Part shown: piece after piece, positions 57,805 through 64,000 of the stretch | Numbering within the stretch: position 1 is the first letter of the stretch | Layout: every line of letters starts with the position of its first letter | Source: a virus | DNA: 64,000 nucleotides | IMG/VR virus record: IMGVR_UViG_3300013132_000026 | Span: 32,001-96,000 of that record | Direction: 5' to 3' (one strand) | Notes under the pieces: generated by a model | Databases searched by the model: none | What the model was told of the DNA's origin: nothing | The model's input: the letters and a program-made list of their open reading frames with translations, nothing else | Position numbers and translations under genes: made by a program

Positions 57805-57962
57805 TGAGAAACCTCTGGAGACTCTGGGCCAAATCAATCGGAGAAAAAGCGAGCAACGAGAACCGCGAAGCTGATAAAATCGCCGCTATTCGAACTCTCA
57901 TTGTTTTAATCTATATCGTAACAAACGTTTTCATCTGCGCCAACGTGATTCGTCATTGGTAA
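57804..57962 (+). CDS. Small conserved phage membrane protein
   Basis: WRLWAKSIGEKA...EADKIA.IRT...TN..I.A.VIRHW. Confidence 0.65.
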   Translation: MRNLWRLWAKSIGEKASNENREADKIAAIRTLIVLIYIVTNVFICANVIRHW

Positions 57963-57979
57963 CAATTATAAAAAATAAA

Positions 57980-58162
57980 ATGTCTTCTAGCCTCGAAGGT
58001 TCTGCGATAAACACTTTTAATTATCTGTACGAGAAATATCGAGACGAGTTCGAAAGGGCGAGAAACTACGACGAAAAGAACGACAAAGCTTACCAAAAGG
58101 AACTGCGTAGGCTGAAGCGCGAAGCTGCCAAACAAAAAGAAACCAACTCCACGGAACTCTAA
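57980..58162 (+). CDS. Hypothetical protein
   Basis: 60-aa charged ORF. Confidence 0.5.
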   Translation: MSSSLEGSAINTFNYLYEKYRDEFERARNYDEKNDKAYQKELRRLKREAAKQKETNSTEL

Positions 58163-58170
58163 AGGTTTTA

Positions 58171-58246
58171 GGGTCTATGGTGAAATTGCATATCACATCG
58201 CTCTTCTAAAGCGAAATTTCGGGATGGTATCCCGATAGACCCACCA
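58171..58246 (+). tRNA. tRNA-Arg(UCU) with atypical D and T loops
   Basis: Acceptor GGGTCTA/TAGACCC-A-CCA; anticodon arm TCGCT-CTTCTAA-AGCGA; T arm TCGGG-ATGGTAT-CCCGA. Confidence 0.8.
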
Positions 58247-58253
58247 ATTTTAT

Positions 58254-58343
58254 TGTCCCGTAGCTCACGGTAGAGCAAGATGTTTTATAAACATTTCGGT
58301 AGATAACCGCTAGGTCTGGGTTCGATCCCCAGCGGGACAACCA
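58254..58343 (+). tRNA. tRNA-Ile(UAU) with an extra hairpin in the variable region
   Basis: Acceptor TGTCCCG/CGGGACA-A-CCA; anticodon arm GATGT-TTTATAA-ACATT; extra CGGT-AGATA-ACCG; T arm CTGGG-TTCGATC-CCCAG. Confidence 0.8.
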
Positions 58344-58359
58344 ATTTATCAATTAATTT

Positions 58360-58560
58360 ATGAAAAAACTCAAAATCTCCATTAGCGAGCGTCGAAAAAT
58401 CCGGCAAATTAAAGCTAAAATTAACGCGCATCGAGAGCGCGAAGAACGCGAAATTCAGCAGTTGGCCGAGTCTATGGGTTTGACGGAACAAGAAGCCGAA
58501 ATCTTGTGGGATTACGTCTATAACGACTCGTCTTGGACAGTTGAAATCGAAAAACGATGA
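58360..58560 (+). CDS. Hypothetical protein
   Basis: 66-aa ORF. Confidence 0.55.
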   Translation: MKKLKISISERRKIRQIKAKINAHREREEREIQQLAESMGLTEQEAEILWDYVYNDSSWTVEIEKR

Positions 58561-58692
58561 GGCGCACGATCAAAGGCATCAAATTGTCGCCGCAGACGGG
58601 AAAGAGTATGTAATCATCGAACACACAGACGGTTTTGAGGATATCTACAAAGTTTCTAAAAAAAATTAAAAAACAAATGAACTCATACGAAA

Positions 58693-59331
58693 ATGATTAA
58701 AATTCTCGCCATCTCAGACACGCACGGTAGGCACCCGCAAATAACTGCGAGCCTGCCGAACGCCGATATTGTTGTCCACGCAGGAGATTTCTGCGGAATG
58801 GGCAACATGGTCGAGTGCATTCGCTTTTTTAATTGGTTCAGTTCATTGCCGCACAAACATAAAGTTTGCATTGCTGGCAATCATGACGTTTGGCTTGAGA
58901 AGGCTAATCCGTCCGAAGTTGCTGCGATTGTTCCGCCGAACGTCCGCTACTTGAACGACAGCGGGTGCGAGATCATGGGCTTGCGATTCTGGGGTTCTCC
59001 CGTCCAGCCAACGTTCTTTAATTGGGCGTTTAACCGAGATCGCGGCGACCCGATTCAGCAGCATTGGGACCTTATTCCCGAAAAAACCGACGTGTTAATC
59101 ACGCACGGTCCACCGCAGGGCATTCTCGACAAAACGATAGACGGCGAGAATGCGGGATGCAAGAACTTGCGCGATGTAATCGCAAAAATTCGCCCGAAGC
59201 TGCACGTTTTCGGGCACATCCACTTTGGTCGCGGTTTTTTGTGTACCGCAAACACAACGTTCGTTAATGCAGCGATTTGCGACGAGAATTACGCCCCAGC
59301 GAACGCGCCGCAATTAATCGAATTAAATTAG
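58693..59331 (+). CDS. Metallophosphoesterase (calcineurin-like, MPPED/239FB-type)
   Basis: SDTH, HAGD, AGNHD, LITHGPP and FGHIH motifs. Confidence 0.92.
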   Translation: MIKILAISDTHGRHPQITASLPNADIVVHAGDFCGMGNMVECIRFFNWFSSLPHKHKVCIAGNHDVWLEKANPSEVAAIVPPNVRYLNDSGCEIMGLRFWGSPVQPTFFNWAFNRDRGDPIQQHWDLIPEKTDVLITHGPPQGILDKTIDGENAGCKNLRDVIAKIRPKLHVFGHIHFGRGFLCTANTTFVNAAICDENYAPANAPQLIELN

Positions 59332-59362
59332 AAAACTGCTCCGAGAACGTTAACATTCGTGG

Positions 59363-59704
59363 ATGAAGGTTTGCCGTCGCTGCGGCGAAAAAAAAGAAAT
59401 CGAAGAGTTCCCGCTGTTCTCTGGCCCAACAAACGGGCGCAAAAACACTTGCTCAACGTGTTGCAAAAGTCTTTCGGTTCTGAGAAGAACGTTAAAAGAA
59501 GCGAATCCGCCGCCAGTTGCGGGAAACTGTCCGATCTGCGACAATCACACAACCGAATGGATTTTGGATCATTGCCACTTCACCGAAAAGTTTCGCGGCT
59601 ACATTTGCAATAACTGCAATCTTGCACTCGGACGATTTAATGACGACGAGAAATTATTGAGAAAAGCTATTGACTATTTGAGCGGGAAAGATAACGTAGA
59701 GTAA
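59363..59704 (+). CDS. Endonuclease VII-like (HNH-type) free-standing endonuclease
   Basis: CRRC..CSTC; CPIC...LDHCHFTEKFRGYICNNCNLALG. Confidence 0.85.
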   Translation: MKVCRRCGEKKEIEEFPLFSGPTNGRKNTCSTCCKSLSVLRRTLKEANPPPVAGNCPICDNHTTEWILDHCHFTEKFRGYICNNCNLALGRFNDDEKLLRKAIDYLSGKDNVE

Positions 59705-59707
59705 TCT

Positions 59708-59795
59708 GGTCGCGTGCATGGAACGGCAGACAGGGAGCATTCAAAATGCTCTGCTCTTCGCGAGCGTGAGGGTTCGACTCCCTCCGCGACCACCA
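59708..59795 (+). tRNA. tRNA-Leu(CAA)
   Basis: GGTCGCG/CGCGACC-A-CCA; GAGCA-TTCAAAA-TGCTC; long variable arm; GGTTCGACTCC. Confidence 0.92.
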
Positions 59796-59799
59796 TTTT

Positions 59800-60213
59800 A
59801 TGAAGTTCACTCCAGACAACATTGTAGAATTAAAGAAAAACCAAGTCTTTGTCTTCGGTTCGAACGAGGCGGGAATACATGGGGCAGGAGCCGCGAAACT
59901 CGCCGAAAAAAAGTTTGGCGCAATCATGGGCGTCGGCTACGGACCACAAGGAAAGTCTTTCGCCGTTCCGACGAAAGACAAGTCGATTCGCACGCTTCCT
60001 CTCGAAGCAATCGAACTCTACATCAAAAATTTTCTTCTCGACGCTACGCTTTTCCCCGACAAAGAATTTTTAGTGACTAAGATCGGTTGCGGTCTAGCCG
60101 GATATTCTGAAGCGGAAATCGCGAACTTATTCAAAGGCAAAACGATCCCAAAGAACATAACGTTACCCGAATCATTTTATCGTATTATTTATGAAAACAA
60201 CGCTAGAATTTAA
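59800..60213 (+). CDS. Conserved phage protein (A1S_2505 / macro-like)
   Basis: VFVFGSNEAGIHGAGAA...QGKSFAVPT...FLVTKIGCGLAG. Confidence 0.75.
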   Translation: MKFTPDNIVELKKNQVFVFGSNEAGIHGAGAAKLAEKKFGAIMGVGYGPQGKSFAVPTKDKSIRTLPLEAIELYIKNFLLDATLFPDKEFLVTKIGCGLAGYSEAEIANLFKGKTIPKNITLPESFYRIIYENNARI

Positions 60214-60412
60214 TCTGCCCGAAGAACAGACCGAAATGTTGCACGCAGTTCATGCCTCAGATGCATGGTGCGCTTTGAGCGAAATCGACCAAAATTTACG
60301 AAGCTTGGTGAAATACGGAACATACGATGGCTACGAGGTAACAACAACAGAGCAACTCGCGTCAGAGATTCGCAAAAGAATCGGAGACGTATTAGCGAAA
60401 ATCGACTCATGA
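60191..60412 (+). CDS. Hypothetical protein
   Basis: MKTTLEFNLPEE-type small phage ORF. Confidence 0.65.
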   Translation: MKTTLEFNLPEEQTEMLHAVHASDAWCALSEIDQNLRSLVKYGTYDGYEVTTTEQLASEIRKRIGDVLAKIDS

Positions 60413-60738
60413 AAATCACGAAAAAAGATCGCGCTCTTCTCGCTGGAATCGGAGAAACGCCATCGACGCTAGTCTTTTGGGCTTTTCGTTACTTTGTCGG
60501 AAGAATGTCGATTCACACGGTCGTATTCGCTCAAAATCTCGCGTTGAATTGGGAACATCTAGACGAGCGGACGCAACTCGCAATTTGCACGCAATTAGAG
60601 TCGCTTTTCGAAGCGGACGATAAAGTTCGCGAGGCGAAGCATTACAGCGTGCCGATTTTACCGCTCGGAAACAGCGAGAACCGTCAAGCTTGGGAAAAGG
60701 TTCGCGCCGCATACAAACATTCGAATGAAAAAAATTAG
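60409..60738 (+). CDS. Hypothetical protein
   Basis: WAFRYFVGRMS motif; start at ATG 60409. Confidence 0.65.
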   Translation: MKITKKDRALLAGIGETPSTLVFWAFRYFVGRMSIHTVVFAQNLALNWEHLDERTQLAICTQLESLFEADDKVREAKHYSVPILPLGNSENRQAWEKVRAAYKHSNEKN

Positions 60739-60982
60739 TTTAAATTCGATTTTCCAAAACGTTGAAGCGCAAATCGCAAAATCTTCGATCCAAGAAGTTA
60801 GCAGAGCTTTTATACCTTTCCGAACGAATTGGTTTAGAGAAAGCTTTCTCGGCTATTGCGACCAAAACCGGACGCATTTCACTTCGGTCGTGAACAAAAA
60901 ACGAATCACGATACACGTTTCGGGCGCAATTAGAGATTCTTTTTATCAAGACGAAAGCAAGTTCATCGTCCCGTTTATTTGA
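60725..60982 (+). CDS. Hypothetical protein
   Basis: 85-aa ORF. Confidence 0.5.
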   Translation: MKKISLNSIFQNVEAQIAKSSIQEVSRAFIPFRTNWFRESFLGYCDQNRTHFTSVVNKKRITIHVSGAIRDSFYQDESKFIVPFI

Positions 60983-60995
60983 ACTCGCAACTATT

Positions 60996-61184
60996 ATGAC
61001 CGATTCTAAATTGCGCGCCGCAACGATGGAAGATGTTAATGCTGCAACACTTGCCGCATTTCGCTGCCTAGAAGACTTAAAAGTGCTTGACGGGAACGAC
61101 CCGAAACACGATGTTCTTTTCGAAGAAATAGCCGAAACGATTTCGCGACACTTTAATTACCCAGACTACAGCAATTATAATTAA
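60996..61184 (+). CDS. Hypothetical protein
   Basis: 62-aa ORF ending FNYPDYSNYN. Confidence 0.6.
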   Translation: MTDSKLRAATMEDVNAATLAAFRCLEDLKVLDGNDPKHDVLFEEIAETISRHFNYPDYSNYN

Positions 61185-61417
61185 TGACCTCGATTTCTGA
61201 AAAAAATCTTGTTGCTGTCCGTCAAAAGATTGACAAACAAGTGAATCGCCGCTTGTTCAAAGAAATACGCGACCGTCCTTGGATCGACTCGGAAAGATTG
61301 AGAGGTTCCGATGTTTACGACGAGTGGAACCTTTCGAGTCTCGTAATTTTCGGCAAGCTTGACAGAAGCTTAAACGTCGTTGCATTTCAAATTAAAAATC
61401 AATTTTATTCTTGGTAG
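61184..61417 (+). CDS. Hypothetical protein
   Basis: 77-aa coupled ORF. Confidence 0.55.
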   Translation: MTSISEKNLVAVRQKIDKQVNRRLFKEIRDRPWIDSERLRGSDVYDEWNLSSLVIFGKLDRSLNVVAFQIKNQFYSW

Positions 61418-61421
61418 ACCG

Positions 61422-61595
61422 ATGAAAACCGAAGAATTTTACAAAAACATATTTTACAAAAATCGCGAAGAGATGCGTGATGCAGCGTGCAGAGTTTGCT
61501 ATTCAATCGAAAACGGCCCTCTCGATTCGTCAACTAACACGCGCATTTACAACGGCACTCAAAGAATTGTTAGTTTGGAAGTTCTTAAAGTGTGA
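61422..61595 (+). CDS. Hypothetical protein
   Basis: 57-aa ORF. Confidence 0.45.
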   Translation: MKTEEFYKNIFYKNREEMRDAACRVCYSIENGPLDSSTNTRIYNGTQRIVSLEVLKV

Positions 61596-61628
61596 ACCGA
61601 TATTCGCAGAGAATTTCTCAAAAATCGC

Positions 61629-61657
61629 TTGACACTTTTAAATCGCTGAACTAACTT
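61629..61657 (+). promoter_or_regulatory. Sigma70-type promoter
   Basis: TTGACA-N17-TAACTT, 20 nt before ATG 61678. Confidence 0.65.
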
Positions 61658-61677
61658 ATCCTCACTTTCCGAAAACC

Positions 61678-62694
61678 ATGAGTAAGATTACGAAACTGAC
61701 CGAAGAACAGGTTGCAAAGCTAGACGTTTACGTCAACGAGTGGGTCGCCAAGGGACTCACGACCGAGCGTAAGACTCAACAGGACGCAGAGCGCGATTTC
61801 ACTGAATTTCAGCGTCACGTTCTCAAGCGCGAACCCTCCCCCGTTATTCTTCTTGACTCGCCTGCCGATTGCTGGCGCGTCGTTTTGCAGCACACGCTGC
61901 GCGAGAACGACGAAGTCAAACAGCTTCTCAACGAGAAGATCGAGAAGAAGCTGGCGTTGAAGAAGAACAAGAATGCTGCTCGCGAGAGCATCGAAGCTTC
62001 GATCTTCGAAGAAATCTTGAACGATGCGGAGAAGACGATCCCCATCGTTTACCCGTACTTCGACTGTCAGTTCTGGGCCGGATGGTTCAGCTTCTACGAG
62101 TTTTGCAGAAACGAACTGAAGATCTCGTTCGACAACATCACCGAATACACGGCGATGCTCAACTGTCAGCCTTACGGCATGGTGTGGCCCCTCGACACGA
62201 TTTGCGTCGTGTGCCAACCCCCGACCGTGATCGAGCGCAACGAGCGCAGCTTGCATTGCGAAACTGGTCCTGCGGTCTCGTACAACGGTAAAAACGAGAT
62301 TTATTCTCTGAACGGCATCGTTGTGCCAAAGGAACTCGTAACGACGCCTGCCGAAGACCTTTCGCTCGATTTTTTCACGAAGGAAAAGAACGCTGACGTA
62401 AAGGCAGAATTCGTTCGTAAATACGGGATAGAACGGATGCTTGACCTCGGCAAGCGAGTCGATTCTTACGAGAACTATGACGCCAACACGCACGAATGGT
62501 GGCACAAGAGCGAGTACGAGCTTTGGGACATGGCTGCGCTGTTTGGTATCGACTATCAGCCGTACCTAAAGATGAGGAACCAAACGACCGACATATGGCA
62601 CGTCGAAGCCGTTTCTCCCGCTTGTCGCACGCTTCGAGACGCGATCAAAGAGCGTTTCGGTGGTCGCGAGATGAAGATCGTCGCAATCTCCTAG
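61678..62694 (+). CDS. DUF6745-like protein
   Basis: KLTEEQ...EW...GLTT; CQFWAGWFSFYEF; LHCETGPAVSY...GIVVP...EKNADVK. Confidence 0.7.
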   Translation: MSKITKLTEEQVAKLDVYVNEWVAKGLTTERKTQQDAERDFTEFQRHVLKREPSPVILLDSPADCWRVVLQHTLRENDEVKQLLNEKIEKKLALKKNKNAARESIEASIFEEILNDAEKTIPIVYPYFDCQFWAGWFSFYEFCRNELKISFDNITEYTAMLNCQPYGMVWPLDTICVVCQPPTVIERNERSLHCETGPAVSYNGKNEIYSLNGIVVPKELVTTPAEDLSLDFFTKEKNADVKAEFVRKYGIERMLDLGKRVDSYENYDANTHEWWHKSEYELWDMAALFGIDYQPYLKMRNQTTDIWHVEAVSPACRTLRDAIKERFGGREMKIVAIS

Positions 62695-62747
62695 TTTTTT
62701 ATGTAAATTAATTAGACAAACAGTAACATTCAATCCAATATAAGCAA

Positions 62748-63083
62748 ATGAACAGCAATGAAGTGATCCTCCACGGCGAGTGCATGGTGTTTCGTTCCAC
62801 GATCCCAGCAAACGCCAAGCCGAAGCAGAAGAGCAAGACTGGCTTCGTTATCGTCGCAGATTCGGAAACTTCTGGCAATCATCACGTTGTCGATGAAACG
62901 GTTGGCGTAGACTTTTACGAAGCGGACGGCAAGCTGTACATGAACAGCTCTGTCGATACGACGATTCGTTGTTTGCACGCCGAGCGTCACGACACGATCA
63001 AGCTGACTGCCGGAACTTACGAGTTTGGCTCGCAGCAAGAGTACGATCCGTTCACGGCTCGCCTCCAAGCGGTGCGCGACTAA
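62748..63083 (+). CDS. His-rich partner of the DUF6745-like protein
   Basis: HGEC...SETSGNHH...LH..RHDTI.L..GTY....QQEYDP. Confidence 0.7.
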   Translation: MNSNEVILHGECMVFRSTIPANAKPKQKSKTGFVIVADSETSGNHHVVDETVGVDFYEADGKLYMNSSVDTTIRCLHAERHDTIKLTAGTYEFGSQQEYDPFTARLQAVRD

Positions 63084-63511
63084 TGGACGAGTCCGATCTC
63101 ATCAAACGCGAAAAAGTAGTCGTTGCGACCAGCGGCTACTTTAATCCGTTGCACGTTGGACACATCGAGCACCTTGAAAAAGCGAAACAACTAGGTGATG
63201 AGCTAGTTGTTATCGTCAATTCGGATCGTCAAGTTGAGCAGAAAGGCTCGAAAAAGTTTCAAACAGAAGCTGACCGACTACGGATCGTAGCGGCACTAAA
63301 GTGCGTTGATCGTGTTGTTTTGTCCGTAGACGAAGACACGACTCAATGCAAAACGCTTGCTCTATTAAAACCAAACATTTTCGCGAAAGGCGGCGACCGC
63401 TTCGCGTCAGAAATCCCAGAAACTCCCGTTTGCAAAGAACTTGGAATAGAGATTGTTGACGGTCTCGGCGCAAAGATTCGCGCCAGTTCTGAAATTTTAA
63501 AGCATATTTAA
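63083..63511 (+). CDS. Cytidylyl/adenylyltransferase (TagD / RfaE domain II-like)
   Basis: SGYFNPLHVGH, LVVIVNSD and FAKGGDR motifs; start at ATG 63083. Confidence 0.9.
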   Translation: MDESDLIKREKVVVATSGYFNPLHVGHIEHLEKAKQLGDELVVIVNSDRQVEQKGSKKFQTEADRLRIVAALKCVDRVVLSVDEDTTQCKTLALLKPNIFAKGGDRFASEIPETPVCKELGIEIVDGLGAKIRASSEILKHI

Positions 63512-63594
63512 ATGCTATTAGTTTTTGCGGCAACAGTTATTCTGCTGTTGATTCTCGTCACGGCAGAGGACACGATGTAATTACGAACACCAAA

Positions 63595-63720
63595 TTGCGG
63601 AAAGAAATTGAGAGTCACTTGGCGAACCAAGTGGCGGGCCAAGTGAAGAGCTAATTGGGGAGTCAAGTGGAAGAACAAGTGTGGAACCAAGTGCGGGGTC
63701 AACTGGAGAGGCAACTTTAA
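63595..63720 (+). pseudogene. QVxx-repeat mini-gene interrupted by an in-frame TAA
   Basis: CAA codons every 12 nt (63628-63712) except TAA at 63652; terminal TAA overlaps the next ATG. Confidence 0.5.
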
Positions 63721-63996
63721 TGAATTTTTCTAAAGCGATCAAAGGTCGAGTACGGGACCATGTGAGACTGCAAGCGTTGGATCGGATTCGAATGCCGCCC
63801 CAAGTTAATCACTTGGATAATCAACTGCGGCTCCAAGTGCATGGTCAAGTACGGTCCCAAGTGTGGGAGCAAATGGGGTTCCGAACGTGGAACCAAGTGC
63901 TAAACCAAGTGCGGGGTCAAGTGTGGAGTCAAGTGGATAGCCAAGTGGATAGCCAAGTGTATCGCCAAGTGCTAAACCAAGTGCGGAACCAAGTGG
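63616..63996 (+). repeat. Degenerate 12-bp tandem repeat (NNNNNNCAAGTG)
   Basis: e.g. TGGAACCAAGTG, CTAAACCAAGTG, GATAGCCAAGTG x2, CGGAACCAAGTG. Confidence 0.85.
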
Positions 63997-64000
63997 AGAA
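63720..64000 (+). CDS. QVxx tetrapeptide-repeat protein (3' truncated by window)
   Basis: MNFSKAIKGRVRDHV...WNQVLNQVRGQVWSQVDSQVDSQVYRQVLNQVRNQVE; open to the window end. Confidence 0.7.
   Translation, partial: MNFSKAIKGRVRDHVRLQALDRIRMPPQVNHLDNQLRLQVHGQVRSQVWEQMGFRTWNQVLNQVRGQVWSQVDSQVDSQVYRQVLNQVRNQVE

Noticed and set aside
58280-58292. Ochre-suppressor (UUA) reading of the second tRNA, explaining the TAA at 63652
   Set aside because: The best pairing centres UAU in a 7-nt loop. TAA is the commonest stop in the window, and a single C>T change explains the in-frame stop.
54705-62505. Long antisense ORFs (54705-55817, 61720-62505 and similar)
   Set aside because: They are shadows of rIIB and the DUF6745-like gene caused by codon bias, with no recognisable motifs.
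63616-64000. CAAGTG repeats as a CRISPR array or DGR
   Set aside because: The 12-nt period with a 6-nt constant core is too short for CRISPR and stays in codon frame. There are no cas or reverse-transcriptase genes, and no template/variable repeat pair with A-specific changes.
1-64000. Stop-codon reassignment
   Set aside because: Long conserved genes are intact in code 11, and TAA, TAG and TGA all end genes at the expected positions.

Overview
The window is a 64-kb piece of a large lytic tailed-phage genome in the standard genetic code, with dense overlapping genes and no integrase or CRISPR array. It holds: the end of a tail-fibre gene; a leftward dut/sigma-factor/ssb/glycosyltransferase/hsp20 unit; an origin-like divergent intergenic region; holin-like and virion-type genes; a glycan/nucleotide-sugar cluster; a bacterial-type replisome (RecA, DnaB, DnaG, and a Pol III alpha in PHP, exonuclease and core pieces); a ClpC-like ATPase; nrdAB; a lambda-like L-K-I-J tail-tip operon on the minus strand; then deaminase, BGT-like glycosyltransferase, UvsE, rIIA/rIIB, three tRNA genes and a 12-bp CAAGTG (QVxx) repeat region that runs off the end. 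Main leads: (1) gpJ is split, and both halves start with the same 12-aa leader ending in RG, in the same operon as a stand-alone JAB protease and a ubiquitin-like gpI; (2) a recurring GTGTAA motif sits just upstream of late-type genes, alongside sigma70 promoters and one sigma54-type promoter; (3) a chemoreceptor-like sensor domain with no output domain is coupled to a holin-like gene; (4) a tRNA-Ile(UAU) carries an extra hairpin; (5) QVxx repeat mini-genes lie near a DUF6745-like gene. All family assignments come from reading motifs by eye; no searches were run.
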